Positions 63,069-64,000 of a stretch of 64,000 nucleotides of DNA are shown here, piece after piece. Positions within the stretch are counted from its first letter, which is position 1; each line of letters begins with the position of its first letter. The position numbers and the translations under genes were made by a program. Source of the stretch: Vicugna vicugna (taxonomy: Eukaryota); contig MU063048.1 of assembly GCA_013265495.1 (NCBI GenBank), positions 4,779,302 through 4,843,301 on the forward strand, in the 5' to 3' direction. Below the pieces are notes generated by a model. The model saw only the letters and a program-made list of their open reading frames with translations, was not told where the DNA came from and did not search any database.

Positions 63069-63635
63069 ATTGTAACCACCTGGGGCACTGACACTGTCTT
63101 CTTTTTAGGGAACAGCCTTTACCTTTCCGGGCAGCTTTAGGTCTACGGAACACTTGCACAGGGAGCACAGAGTTCCCATGTGCGGCCCCCACCCCGTCCC
63201 CCTGGGAACCGTGTCTCTGCAAGCATCAAGCCCGCCCAGGACCTGGGAGGGCTCCAGTAACGTCGTCTTAGGAACTTGACTTGAAGTACTTGGCTGATAC
63301 TCTGAGGAATGGCCAAATTTCCCAGAACCCTGCAGGGAGCCTCACCCAGCAAGGATGCCAGTCCCAGTGAGGCAGCAGTGAGCGCAGTGGACAGGACCAG
63401 AGGGCCCTTGCCCGAGGCCTTGCCCCAGGGCGCCAGGGGCCACCAAGGCCACACCTGTCGTACAGACGGGGCCCTGGGCTCACAGCCCCAGACCCGAGCT
63501 GCCGCCTGCCGCCGAGGCCCTCACAGAACCCCTCCCTGCGCCGCAGTCTCCACGTCCAGAAAAGTGGGTGGACGTCCGGGGCGGTGCCTGAGCTCCAGCT
63601 CAAGTTCGTATTTGAAAGCCAAAGGGACACGTGTG

Positions 63636-63659
63636 CTTCTGGTCACATGTGACCAGAAG
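63636..63659. repeat. Perfect 24-bp palindrome CTTCTGGTCACATGTGACCAGAAG
   Basis: The 12-bp arms are exact reverse complements with no spacer. Confidence 0.97.
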
Positions 63660-64000
63660 GGTCACAGGGGGGTGTGGTGCAAGCACACCCGTGCCCTCAG
63701 AAGATTACTGTCTCAGGACGGGAGCAGATGGTTCCAGCCGCGGTTCCTTCAGCCGCGAAGGCACGCGGCCGTGCTACCCGCCACGCGCAGGACCCTTGTG
63801 GGCCGGGGCTTTTGGCTAGAGAGAGCCAGCCGGCTTTGCTTCTCAGCGACTCGTGCACTTCACTTCTTTCCTGTGGCTTAGTCCATCAACAGAGGACTTG
63901 GTGTGACCCCTTCCCTGTGATTTGCAGATAACATCTCTCCACTAAATGTAGAATGCTGCCTTTGTCAGTGGGTTTTACAGGCAAGCCCTGTCTTGTGTGG

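Noticed and set aside
63641-63654. Oestrogen response element or p53 site in the palindrome
   Set aside because: GGTCA and TGACC are separated by 4 nt (an ERE needs 3), and the CATG flanks do not fit RRRCWWGYYY.
36900-64000. IRF4 terminal exons on the minus strand
   Set aside because: Expected from human synteny, but I found no IRF4-like coding sequence; the gene probably lies beyond the window.
1-64000. CRISPR arrays, tRNA, rRNA, NUMTs, processed pseudogenes or microbial inserts
   Set aside because: No repeat-spacer periodicity, cloverleaf, rRNA, mitochondrial or retrocopy signature was seen by eye; a small divergent ncRNA could have been missed.

Overview
This is mammalian genomic DNA, GC- and CpG-rich and of subtelomeric type. 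Bases 190-35666 (+) hold the last seven coding exons of EXOC2 (Sec5, exocyst component 2). I assembled them by hand: all introns are GT-AG and the phases are compatible (117, 142, 56, 123, 62, 60 and 94 nt, ending in TAG). A ~1.2 kb 3'UTR follows, with AATAAA at 36824. The rest (~37-64 kb) is intergenic. In human the next gene on this side is IRF4 (tail-to-tail), but I found no IRF4 exon here. Introns and the intergenic part carry old L1M, L2, MIR, MLT1, Tigger1 and probably MER91 fragments. I saw no Alu, B1/B2, SINEC, PRE-1 or Bov-type SINE; a camelid or similar host is a guess. Nearly all other ORFs in the six-frame track look like GC-driven noise. There is no tRNA, rRNA, CRISPR array or prokaryotic system, and I cannot support a wholly new biological system. 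The best leads are: (1) a strong, patchy AT->GC substitution bias seen in a Tigger1 fossil and apparently reshaping the EXOC2 C-terminus and one splice donor; (2) a near-perfect 198-bp tandem duplication next to a C13 run and a short interstitial telomere repeat; (3) a perfect 24-bp palindrome built on overlapping E-boxes on the IRF4 side; (4) IRF/PRDM1/EICE-type motifs in EXOC2 introns. Repeat family names and human reference residues are recalled, not searched, and repeat boundaries are approximate.
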